A stretch of DNA of 63,999 bases, filler included, from Octopus bimaculoides (taxonomy: Eukaryota): NCBI RefSeq assembly GCF_001194135.2. It is 9 parts of 8 records of this genome, joined end to end, with 100 filler letters (N's around TTAATTAATTAA, not from the genome) between each part and the next. Parts side by side here need not be neighbours in the genome. Positions count along the whole stretch, not along the records: positions 23,070 to 28,274 come from NC_068999.1; positions 28,375 to 42,340 come from NC_068988.1; 7 more parts are not named here. One strand, 5' to 3'. Every line of letters starts with the position of its first letter. Within the stretch, counting starts at the first letter, position 1. This document shows, one piece after another, positions 24,633 through 35,638 of this stretch. The notes beneath the pieces were generated by a model. The model made no database searches. It was given only the letters and a program-made list of their open reading frames with translations, and had not been told where the DNA came from. The translations under genes and the position numbers were made by a program.

Positions 24633-25176
24633 GGGATCTTTTTTAAAACGGGGGCCACATTTTTCATTAACGAAACACTTTGAAACTTGGATCACTGGTA
24701 GAATGTGTCATATAAAACATCTTTTTCTCTTAGTCTTCTTAAAAAAAAAAGAAATCCATAAATTATTCCATGTTAAAGTTGTCGTATTTCTGTAATTTCA
24801 ACCAATCACTGACGTCCATTCAGCCGATATACATTAAGTGCCGACTACATAAACAAACGATTCTGAAACAATTAACCCTAACCCTAGGGTTAGGGTTAGG
24901 GTTAAAGCAAATTTAAAATGAAAAAAGCAAATAAAACGAAGAATCGTTTGTTTATGTAGTCGGCACGTAATGTATATCGGCTGAATGGACGTCAGTGATT
25001 GGTTGAAATTATCGAAATAAGACAATTTTTTACATGAAATAAATTCAAATACAAAAATATTTTTCTGTTCTATAACACAAAATAGATAAGTATACGAAGT
25101 TTGGAAGTCTTTCGGTACCAAAAGCACTACGTAAAACATTAATGAAAAATGTGGCCCCCGTTTTAAAAAAGATCCC
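24633..25176. mobile_element. 544-bp foldback MITE with a central telomere-repeat palindrome
   Basis: Perfect 38-bp TIR GGGATCTTTTTTAAAACGGGGGCCACATTTTTCATTAA; flanking direct repeat GCACAT; inner 71-bp inverted arms 24794-24864 / 24940-25010 with 1 mismatch. Confidence 0.8.
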
Positions 25177-25313
25177 GCACATGCACAAGAAAAAACAGGG
25201 CTAAAGGCAAAATACAGAAAAAAAGTGTAAAAAAGCAATAAGNNNNNNNNNNNNNNNNNNNNNNNNNNNNNNNNNNNNNNNNNNNNNNNNNNNNNNNNNN
25301 NNNNNNNNNNNNN

Positions 25314-25672
25314 CTAGGGTTAGGGTTAGGGTTAAAGCAAATTTAAAATGAAAAAAGCAAATAAAACGAAGAATCGTTTGTTTATGTAGTCGGCACGTAA
25401 TGTATATCGGCTGAATGGACGTCAGTGATTGGTTGAAATTATCGAAATAAGACAATTTTTTACATGAAATAAATTCAAATACAAAAATATTTTTCTGTTC
25501 TATAACACAAAATAGATAAGTATACGAAGTTTGGAAGTCTTTCGGTACCAAAAGCACTACGTAAAACATTAATGAAAAATGTGGCCCCCGTTTTAAAAAA
25601 GATCCCGCACATGCACAAGAAAAAACAGGGCTAAAGGCAAAATACAGAAAAAAAGTGTAAAAAAGCAATAAG
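25314..25672. repeat. Copy of 24884-25242 across a 71-N gap (probable assembly overlap)
   Basis: The 359 bp read as identical and both copies end at the gap edges. Confidence 0.8.
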
Positions 25673-26012
25673 GGTAAAACACGTGTGTGCGTATATAGAC
25701 GATAGTTGTTGTTGATAAACAACAGCAGAAATTTTATTCAGCTGAATGCACGTCATTGATTGGTTGAAATCACCGAAATACGACAAATTTAACACGAAAT
25801 AACTTCGTAAATAGAAACTTTTCTCAACAACGCTAAGAGTAACTGATGTTTTATATGACACATTCTACCAGTATACGAAGTTCCAAAGTGTTTAATTAAA
25901 GAAAATTAATTTCTCGATCTGCCGTTGAAAGGGAAAAGATCTAATTGCTCTTTTGGTTAATTCTTATTTTGTAACAATTTAAATAATACTTTCATTTTCG
26001 ACATTTTTTTTT

Positions 26013-26555
26013 ATATGACTTGACGAATTCAAAACATCAGTTCGGTTGTTTCCGTGAAAAGCTTAAAAGCACATGGTCAACTGTCATGAAATGGGAGGAG
26101 GAGAAGAAAGCCAATGAGTTGTACGTGCGTGCGTACTTGTTCCTCTGTGAGTGTGTGTGTGCGTGCTTGTTCTTGTCTGTGTAAGGCTTTTTTTCTTCTT
26201 CAAGTTTAAAATGCGTGCTTGTTCTTGTGTGTGTGTCTGTCTGTCTGTTCTGTTTTTATGTATTTGTGTGTTGTGGAATATAGATATAACGAAATTATGC
26301 CAGCAATGTCGCATTTTAAACTTGAAGAAAAAAAGCCTTACACAGACAAGAACAAGCACGCACGCACACACACACTCACACACACACACACAGAGGAACA
26401 AGCACGCACACACACACACACAGAGGAACAGGCACCCACGCACGTACAACCCATTAGTTTTCTTCTCCTCCTCCCATTTCATGACAGTTGGCCACGTGCT
26501 TTTAAGCTTTTCGCGGAAACAGCCGAATTGATGTTTTGAATTCGCTGAGTTATAT
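26013..26555. mobile_element. Palindromic MITE-like element with arms of about 200 bp
   Basis: CGAATTCAAAACATCAGTTCGGTTGTTTCCG.. is mirrored by ..CGGAAACAGCCGAATTGATGTTTTGAATTCG; the inner CTTCAAGTTTAAAATGCG block is also mirrored; no clear TSD. Confidence 0.75.
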
Positions 26556-26872
26556 CGAAGGAATGCCGGACTTAATGAGGTTTTACATAATGGCTCCGTA
26601 ATATGAAACAAACATTTTCATGAAAATTATTTCACGCAAGTTCTCAAATAGTTTTTCTGGTTTTGAAGGTGAGATTTGAGGGCAGTCGTAGCTAGGCGAC
26701 AGAGACTACTGTTTCAGTTATCAAACCCGGAACTAAATTCAAATCATCTCATTGCTACATTGACTAACATGGATGACGTACCTGCAAAAAGGAAAAACTG
26801 AATGACAGTACAGGCGATCACTTCGATCGACCAACTGAGGTCGAACTATTGAAATGGTTCGAAAGATATGAT

Positions 26873-27619
26873 ATGACACATAAAAAGCGAGGTATCGCCT
26901 ACATCTTCAACATTGAAAATTTCAGTGACTCGGAACTTAAAATTTGTCATGGAATATCAAAAGACGCACAAGATTTTAAAAGTGCGTTAAGAAGTCTTGG
27001 ATTTTGTGAAGAAGATATCCATGTTCATACAGATTCAAGAACCGAAGAAATGAAGGAGATTTTGCAAAGCTTTGGCGAGGAAAATCTTGATGTTGGTATT
27101 GATTGCTTTATTTGTGCAATACTGAGTTGTGGTAACTCAGACGGTCTTATCTATGGATACGACGATGCAATTGAACTAGAGAAATTACTTTCTTATCTGA
27201 AACCCGATCGTTGTCCATGTTTAAAAGGAATACCTAAATTATTCTTTGTTCAAGCATGTCGAGGAAGTAAGATTGATTCTGGGATCGAAAAAAATGATGC
27301 TGATTCCAATGGATTTGAAAAAACGTCACCCAAAATTCCAGTTATGGCAGATATTTTGGTTGCTTATTCATCGTGTAATGAATATCCTTCTTTTGGAAGT
27401 AAAGAAAGAGGCTCGTGGTTTATGCAAGCTCTAAGTGACATTTTAATGAAATATGGCAATAAACATGAAATCATGACACTTTTAACCGCTGTCTCTAACT
27501 ATGTTGCCTCTTTTGATTTCCAAAGTTCGGATAATTCAGTATACAATGGCTGTAAACAAATGCCTCACATTACGTCGACATTGACCAAACAACTGAAATT
27601 TTTGAACCGGGATCCTTAA
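26873..27619 (+). CDS. Intronless caspase-3/7-like (peptidase C14A) protein, 248 aa, predicted catalytically inactive
   Basis: YDM.HKKRGIAYIFN, CFICAILSCG, PKLFFVQACRG, IP..ADILVAYS, GSWFMQAL, CKQMP and STLTKQL occur in canonical order with no stops. The first in-frame ATG is at 26873 and the frame is open back to 26777. Confidence 0.9.
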   Translation: MTHKKRGIAYIFNIENFSDSELKICHGISKDAQDFKSALRSLGFCEEDIHVHTDSRTEEMKEILQSFGEENLDVGIDCFICAILSCGNSDGLIYGYDDAIELEKLLSYLKPDRCPCLKGIPKLFFVQACRGSKIDSGIEKNDADSNGFEKTSPKIPVMADILVAYSSCNEYPSFGSKERGSWFMQALSDILMKYGNKHEIMTLLTAVSNYVASFDFQSSDNSVYNGCKQMPHITSTLTKQLKFLNRDP

Positions 27620-28399
27620 ATAGAAACGGAGCTTCTTACAGTGAGAATTTCTGATGCACGCACACATACGAAAAAGATATATTCTAGAAACTCATGTCCG
27701 CAAGAAATAGAAATGGAGCATATTTTAGGAACTTATATATATTCAAATACAAACACTATTTTTACATATAATACCTGCAATATAAATTGTTAAATAGGTA
27801 AATGTAATATTTTCAATAATTGCTAATATGATTACAGAATTAATTTGATTTTATAAATATCATCTAACTTTTTAAGACGTTTAACTAAAACTTTTTTCTA
27901 CCATAAATTTCAATAAGAACACAAGTGCCTTACGTGTACACTCTAAATCTCAAAATAATTCTTCACTCTGAAAATTCAACTAACATTGTTTGGCGAACCT
28001 GACGCACTGTCACCCCTACTTCCGAAACCTACCTTTCCGACTTTTTTCCCCCACCGGATTCCTATGTTTTTGATGACAGAGATTCCGAATATGAAAAAAA
28101 AAAAGAAAAAAAACGTTTTCAAAATTTTTAATTCCCTACCAATTTTAATTTTTAACTTTCTTCGAATTTTTTTTTTTTTTTTTTTTCAATCTACGTGGAA
28201 AAATACGGAGATTAAGATTATGCAAAGTTTCAAACTGTTTAGTTAAAAAAAATAATTAAAAAATCTGTGATTGANNNNNNNNNNNNNNNNNNNNNNNNNN
28301 NNNNNNNNNNNNNNNNNNTTAATTAATTAANNNNNNNNNNNNNNNNNNNNNNNNNNNNNNNNNNNNNNNNNNNNATTATTATTATTATCATTATTATTT

Positions 28400-28616
28400 A
28401 AAGCGGCGATCTGGCGGAACCGTTAACACGCTAGACGAAATGATTAGCGGAATGTTGTCCGTCGCAACATTCTGAGTTCAAATTCCGCTGAGGTCGACTT
28501 TGCCTTTCATCCTTTCGGGGTCGATAAATTAAGTACCCGTGAATCACTGGGGCCGATGTAATCGACTGTCCCCCCACCCTCAAATTTCAGGCCTTGTGCC
28601 CATATTAGAACAGATT
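28400..28616 (+). mobile_element. SINE family A, full length, with (ATT)n on both sides
   Basis: Complete head, Deu/Nin-like domain and AGGCCTTGTGCC tail. Confidence 0.85.
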
Positions 28617-29744
28617 ATTATTATTATTATCATTATTATTATCATTATTATTATTATTGGGTGAGAGGGCAGTGCATGTTTCCATCTTGAATAATTCGCT
28701 CCGTGATGTGAGATATATGTGTGAGCAAGTAATAGGAGATCGAGCGAATACAATGTTTCTTTCGATGGTATACAGGTGATGCTTAAATATATAGGCAGTG
28801 CTACGAAGATACACTAGCTGTAGAATGTATACATAGTAACAAAATATAACGGCACGAATGCAATGTATATTATGGTACAGGATATACATACTAGTAACCG
28901 TGAGATGTTAGTAAATAACTAGGGCAGTTGATATAAAACGGTTATATGGTTGATGTGTGTAACATACATCACTTTCATGTTTTAGATACACTTGGACTAC
29001 ATAAGCGTATATGTATGTACATTTGTAAACATATACATGCTCAAATACACACACACACACTTACATATATAGATATATGAATATTTACAAATATATAAAT
29101 ACTAATATTATATATAGATATATATGTATATATACACATATATATATATATATATATATANNNNNNNNNNNNNNNNNNNNNNNNNNNNNNNNNNNNNNNN
29201 NNNNNNNNNNNNNNNNNNNNNNNNNNNNNNNNNNNNNNNNNNNNNNNNNNNNNNNNNNNNNNNNNNNNNNNNNNNNNNNNNNNNNNNNNNNNNNNNNNNN
29301 NNNNNNNNNNNNNNNNNNNNNNNNNNNNNNNNNNNNNNNNNNNNNNNNNNNNNNNNNNNNNNNNNNNNNNNNNNNNNNNNNNNNNNNNNNNNNNNNNNNN
29401 NNNNNNNNNNNNNNNNNNNNNNNNNNNNNNNNNNNNNNNNNNNNNNNNNNNNNNNNNNNNNNNNNNNNNNNNNNNNNNNNNNNNNNNNNNNNNNNNNNNN
29501 NNNNNNNNNNNNNNNNNNNNNNNNNNNNNNNNNNNNNNNNNNNNNNNNNNNNNNNNNNNNNNNNNNNNNNNNNNNNNNNNNNNNNNNNNNNNNNNNNNNN
29601 NNNNNNNNNNNNNNNNNNNNNNNNNNNNNNNNNNNNNNNNNNNNNNNNNNNNNNNNNTATATATATGTATATATATATATGTGTGTGTGTATGTATATAT
29701 ATATATGCACACACAGACAGACAAGAATTTTGGGCCATAATATT

Positions 29745-29776
<32 letters not shown>

Positions 29777-31883
29777 TGTATGTATGTATGCTTGTTTGTA
29801 TGAAATCGTTCTGTGAATTGTTTGAATTGTTATAGTATATTGCCAGTTCGCAAACTCGCATTATGTCGATTCATCAGTTAAATATTCCAGAAGTGTCCAA
29901 CAAAAATTTATATTTTGTAAATAGAATTATAACTCTTCACCGTATATTGATCATAGAAAATAGTTTAATATTAGGTTATATAAAGCCCGTAACGGGAACA
30001 AAAATGGGCATTTATACGCGTATACATACATGTGTAATAAACAGCTAAATATACCCTGTGTTTCTGTAAGCAAATAGAAGAAAATATCACGTGTCTATGT
30101 ATGAAGACGCGTTGCATTTCCAGACAGGTTTGTTTTCCTATAGAGGTTAGATTTAGAGCGTAAGACCTCAGCCACGTGATGTATATGAGGTTGGTTCTCG
30201 TAGGATACGATGCAGATTTTAGACGGGCCCTTGTTTTCGAATGCTATTACGGCCCCAGTTGTTGGGCAACTGCTTTATAGCAGCTGAATAGTATTGTACG
30301 ACTGCTAGATATAAAACAGCTGTGAGGTAATGCAAGAATTGTTTCCCTACACATTCATTTTTGAATTGTAATCGCATAGCAGTCAAATTTCGGTGGAAAT
30401 TAACAAAATTAATGCCACGTTGTTTCAACAAATGGATTTCATCAGTAAACACAAAAAAAGACAGCGCTATCGAATTTCATTCATCTTAATACATATCACG
30501 AAATGTTGAAATAAATAGTCGAGGAGAGAGAACGTCGATTTCGAGCTCCGATTGAATTAGAAAGCCTCTTGCTCTAATTTGCTCAGCATAGATCATTCCC
30601 AAGTGCTGAAGCCTTCAAATAAAAGACAGTTGTAAGTTGGTTTCCTTCTTATTACTACACTTGAATGAGGGCAGGTGGAAACTTAACTTCTCCTAGATGT
30701 TACTGGCTGGGATTTCTAGATTGGCTGTTGTCCGACTGAATGAAGGCCTACCAGTAAACCACTTTCTTGTAAAGCGGAATCCTTTTGGGTGTTTATTGAT
30801 TTCGACGTGAGAATCTAGGAGTCAAGTGGTGTAGGTCAATGTAGCACGCGATATTAGTTTGTTTTCTAGAATATGTTAACTAATCTTAACCTTATGTTCA
30901 CTAAAAAACGTGATTTTTTTTTTTTTGTTAGCTTGGGAAATGGTGCCTAATGAGAGGTAAAATTCCAAGATTTGTTTTCAAGTACAGAGTCAATGAACGA
31001 TTAAATCAATTTATGTTCGTAATCTGTACTCGCACCGGTATTTGGGGAAAGAAATCTTTGTGCACAATATCTACGCATTGCAGTCAAATCTTGGTAACAC
31101 ATCGTTGTAAAGGTTTGTGATTCTTCAGCAAACACGTCAGTTTTAGGGTAGTGATTCTCTACTAATTAAAGCTGAAGATGTGGTTGGAATTCCTAAAATA
31201 TGCAAAGTTTTTACACAGCGTTCTACAAGAGTAGTACCTGCCTATCGTAACGTTGATATCCAAGTGGTTGGCTTCAGATAAATTTGTTGTATCTTTATAT
31301 GTATGTATGTATGTATGTATGCTTTTAAGCCAAAATGCCTCAAAAATTTCCCATTCAGTACTATCTTAATCTGTCCATGATGTGTCTATCTGTTAATAAT
31401 ATTTGATATTGTCTTGTCTATGTAATTTCTAGCACTGAGGAAGTGTACACTACATGAAAAGTTCCATCATAAATAATTCAGTTAAATCTGTAACATTTAT
31501 CTCGCGCTTTCTACACATAGACATATACAGATATATGTAGATGTGTATGTACTTGCGTGCGTGCAAATCTAAAAACGAGTTACCTAGCTCTGTAAGTTTT
31601 GAGCTCTCACACATAGGGACAGCAATTGAACTACTCGATTGGGCAAAGCATTATTTACTGTGCATGCATCCCTTTCCATCTTCATCAGTTATATACATGA
31701 TGCTTTGGCTGCATCAAGGTCGGAAGGCCTGAATGAATGTCCACGTCTGCTCGCAACTACGTAGACAACAGAAACAGTTAGCAAATGCGTGGTAAATGTT
31801 AGCGGTTCATACTAGGCTGCATTTCAATGAGGTTTGTTTTGATATTGGGTCATGCAAAAAGTAATTTATTGATAAGCTGAAAG

Positions 31884-32085
31884 AAGACGGCAAGCTGGTA
31901 GAATCGTTAGCACGCCGGATAAAATAGTTAGCGGTAGTTCGTCCGTGTTTACGTTCCGAGTTTAAATTCTACCAAGGTCGACTTTGCCTTTCATCCTTTC
32001 GGGGTCTATAAAATAAGTACCAGTTGCAAACTGGAATAGATGTAATCGACTTACCCAACTCCTCCAAAATTGCTGACATGGCTGC
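31884..32085 (+). mobile_element. SINE family A
   Basis: GCTGGTAGAATCGTTAGCACGCCGG..AGGTCGACTTTGCCTTTCATCCTTTCGGGGTC. Confidence 0.85.
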
Positions 32086-32173
32086 GAAAATTTCAAAGCA
32101 ATATCAAACTGAACTGTTACTCAATACGTTTTAGAGAGTACATATCTTTTATAGGTTTACAAACAAATTGGTA

Positions 32174-32239
32174 ACAATGACTTCAAAGTTTCGGTCTACT
32201 AGACTACCTCAGAGTGTACGCCGAAACTTCAAAGTCATT
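32174..32239 (-). ncRNA. Decayed hammerhead-like motif inside a short inverted duplication
   Basis: Minus strand CTGAGGT AGTCTAGTAGACC GAAAC TTTGAA GTC ATTGT (A9 lost); inverted arms at 32176-32194 / 32221-32239. Confidence 0.4.
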
Positions 32240-32635
32240 TTCATTGTTATTCTTGTAAATGTATAATATATATACGCGTTTAAATTTAGGGGTGCAAGCA
32301 AGAATACTCAATAAATGCATTAGTTTTTATATATTTGTGTAAACGTATTGATCCATCCCTCATCTATCGTATTTCATCGTCACGCAGCCTTCTATGGTAA
32401 AAAAAAACAAAAACTAATGAATTGCAGCTCACAGCGTGGTCTCTGCAAGTAAATACGAACTAGGCAACAGTAACGATTTTATCCAATGTTTGTGTTCTTT
32501 TAAATTCAGAAACGCCGCCCACAACCCGTGTGTTTCCGAATAGCTATATGGGAAGAGAGAGAGAGGGGTAGAGAAGGAGAGAGAAGGAGAGAGAAGGAGA
32601 GAAAGGGGGAAGATAGTTGAATAGATAGAGATAAG

Positions 32636-33010
32636 CAAGGAATGACACTGGCATTTGTTAATTGAAATACCAGAATTTAGTTTAACTGAAAACTGAAGCC
32701 TCATTAAAGTCAAATGGCCCATCTGTAGGTACGTGAGGAAATTTTGGAATAAAGAGATTTTTTCTTTGTGACTACCTGTTAAGATTGTTGCCTGTAGGAC
32801 ATGGGGTTCATGGAAGTAGCAATTAAGCCAGTTCCATTACACAGGTGAGCTGAGTCAAGATTCCTAAGCAATATAATAGGAGCATCGAGCTTTAGCGTCA
32901 AGTTATGAGGTGGCATCCCAATTGATTTAAGAGTGTTCAGAAATTCAACAGGCTATTGAGCAGCCTGATTTTGATTGACTGTGGTGTGAATTGATGGAAA
33001 ATTCAATTCT
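32636..33010 (-). pseudogene. Helitron Pif1-like helicase fragment
   Basis: PVEFLNTLKSIGMPPHNLTLKLDAPIILLRNLD..LCNGT.L, a frameshift, then RLQFSVKLNSGISINKCQCHSL (decayed motif V, FA.TINKSQGQSL). Confidence 0.85.
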
Positions 33011-33194
33011 AATGTATCCGTTAAATTCTAAAATTCATGATTGAGTTTATCAACCATTTCATTCGTTGGAGCCATTACAGCTCTTTCACCTAGCCAGTTT
33101 ACATGAGTGTAGTTGACAACCAGGCATACACTCACTTACAAATACACTGTTACAGTCACATATACTAAGACAAACACACACAGATATACATTTA

Positions 33195-33582
33195 CGTAAC
33201 GAACCCGCAAACACCCACACACTCACAGACACATACACACTGATATACAAAATGTGTCATCATCGTCGTCGTCGTGGTGTAAAATGTCTTTTATTATGTC
33301 ATACGTAACGAACGCACAAACACATACACTCACAGACACATGCACACTCCAATATAAATGTGTCGTCGTCGTTGCATAAAATGTCCTTTACCATGCCTTA
33401 CGTAATGAACGCGCAAACACACACACACAAAATGTGTCATTGTCGTTGTATAAAATGTCCTTTGCTATGTCGTACGTAACGAACGCGCAAACTCTCACAC
33501 AGTCACAGACACATATACACTCATATACACTCATATACAAAATGTAACGTCGTCGTTATCGTATAAACTCTCTTTTACTATA
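33195..33582. repeat. Four-unit minisatellite (units start at 33195, 33304, 33401 and 33475)
   Basis: Each unit begins CGTAA(C/T)GAAC.C.CAAAC and contains AAATGTGTC..GTCGT..TAAAATGTC. Confidence 0.85.
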
Positions 33583-33984
33583 GTTGACTACAGAAAGATT
33601 ATTTTCGAGAAAATGCTATTGTTATAATCCAAATGAAAATAAATATTACACGTTGACATTCACGGGATGTAATGCTATTACTTTGTAAAATTTGATTTGA
33701 TTTGGTGGATTTGTTTCAGAATGCACAGGGAACAGACAGACTGACAGAGAAGGAATTTTATAGAGAAAGAGATTTCTACACTTGTGTGTCTTTCGAATGC
33801 CGTCGGGCTTGATTTTTCCCTTTAATCATTTCGTAGTTGATGAAACAAATACCAGTTAAGTACTGGGGTGAATATAATCAAATTAGACCCCTTCACCCCA
33901 ACCCAAAATAGCTGTCTTTCTGCCAATATTTGAAACCAATTTATATATTCGTGTGTGTATGCGTGTGTGTGCGTGTGTGTGTGT

Positions 33985-34200
33985 GTGGAGACTCGTGGTC
34001 TGGGGGTTAGGATTTTAGGGTCGTAATCTTAAGGTCTGAGGGTTTCATCTTCGGCACAGGTGGCGTATTTTGTCCTCAAGCATAGAACTTCATTTTACTT
34101 TTAAGTGCTACTTCTCTTTACTCAGCTGTAAATAGGCACCAGGCTAATGCTTGTACATCCCTCTCTCAACAGCCAAATCTTCAATGTTACGCCAGGTCAA
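33985..34200 (+). mobile_element. Old tRNA-derived SINE with a CORE/Meta-like domain
   Basis: GGAGACTCGTGGTCT..GGTTAGG head and ACTCAGCTGTAAAT motif, similar to the element at 7240. Confidence 0.45.
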
Positions 34201-34654
34201 TGATATAAAACTTTGATGGCGACTATCTTTGATCACGGTTACTTAAACGTGCAACATAATTAGCGAAAGCATAGTAACTACCGCTAATCTTAAAGCTTGT
34301 GAGTGATCGCTACGGTTTGAGACATGTACGCATTTCCATGTTCCCTTTGTAACCGTTAGGATTCGATTCAATTACACTGTGCTTTTATCACATGTCTTTT
34401 ATTAAATATTCGGAGCAGCCCAGATCTTTCGGGTCCATTTAATTAAACGGGAACTTGTGGATGTACATTGAGGGCATTGTACTTAAAATATAAAGGAAAT
34501 AACGTAACACACGGTTACGTTTAGGAAACACCAAGCTGCGGAGTACTGAAAAAGTTTCGAAGCGCTTTCAGGGATTAGGTGGTTCAGTTGCATCAACATG
34601 TGCATGTATAAAACCATATGTGCAGTATGTGTAGAGGCGCGTATGTATGTAACC

Positions 34655-34694
<40 letters not shown>

Positions 34695-34758
34695 ATATGT
34701 ATATATGTGTGTGTGTATATATGTATGTATACATATGTACATTTATATGTGTGTATAT

Positions 34759-34801
<43 letters not shown>

Positions 34802-35029
34802 TATATTTATTTATATCTCAATGAATATATCTCTATAAATATATATATGTGTGTATGCCCGTGTGTGTGTGCGTGCGTGTTTCTCTATGTGTGTTTGTAC
34901 ACTTCCACAGGGACACATTCGTGTATCTGTACGCACTTGAATATACATATACATACATACATATACATACATGCATATATACATGCATACATATATACAT
35001 GTGCATGCACTATACACACACATACACAC

Positions 35030-35111
<82 letters not shown>

Positions 35112-35574
35112 TGATAGATAGATAGATAGATAGATAGATTGATAGATAGATAGATAGATAGTTACAGATTTACACGTTTGTAGCTATAGATTTATGCGTA
35201 AGTATATGCACATATATATAAACAGATATTTAATATGTATGTGATGTGAATACGTTTGAATATATGTTTGAATGTATGGCTGTGTATCTATGTATGTTTG
35301 GATTCCTATATTTACATACTCACATTCATGAGTGCCTGAATCGAAACATGTACGTATGTATGTATGTATGTACGTATGCATGTATGTATAGCTAAAAGGT
35401 ACAGCTGTTTGATATAGAGTAATGAGCGTAGGGTAATTCGGAAAGAGAAAAGAGATCTGATTCCTCCAATTTGCTAGGAAAGGACACATACACACTCCCA
35501 CGCTCAGCCTGACACATACTTACATAGATCATGGACCAACAATAACAATGACAACAGAAACAACAATAACATAC

Positions 35575-35638
<64 letters not shown>

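Noticed and set aside
26669-26717. Possible 49-nt intron (AAG|GTGAGA ... TTTCAG|) upstream of the caspase
   Set aside because: It is shorter than typical metazoan introns and has no transcript evidence. The acceptor alone is kept as a hypothesis.
28093-28113. A-rich tract as the poly(A) tail of a caspase retrocopy
   Set aside because: There is no canonical AATAAA just upstream and no matching TSD, and it lies within other low-complexity sequence.
31146-31270. Possible exon (TTTTAG|GSDSLLIKAEDVVGIPKICKVF..)
   Set aside because: It is a short open frame with no recognisable homology and a weak donor; it cannot be supported without RNA data.
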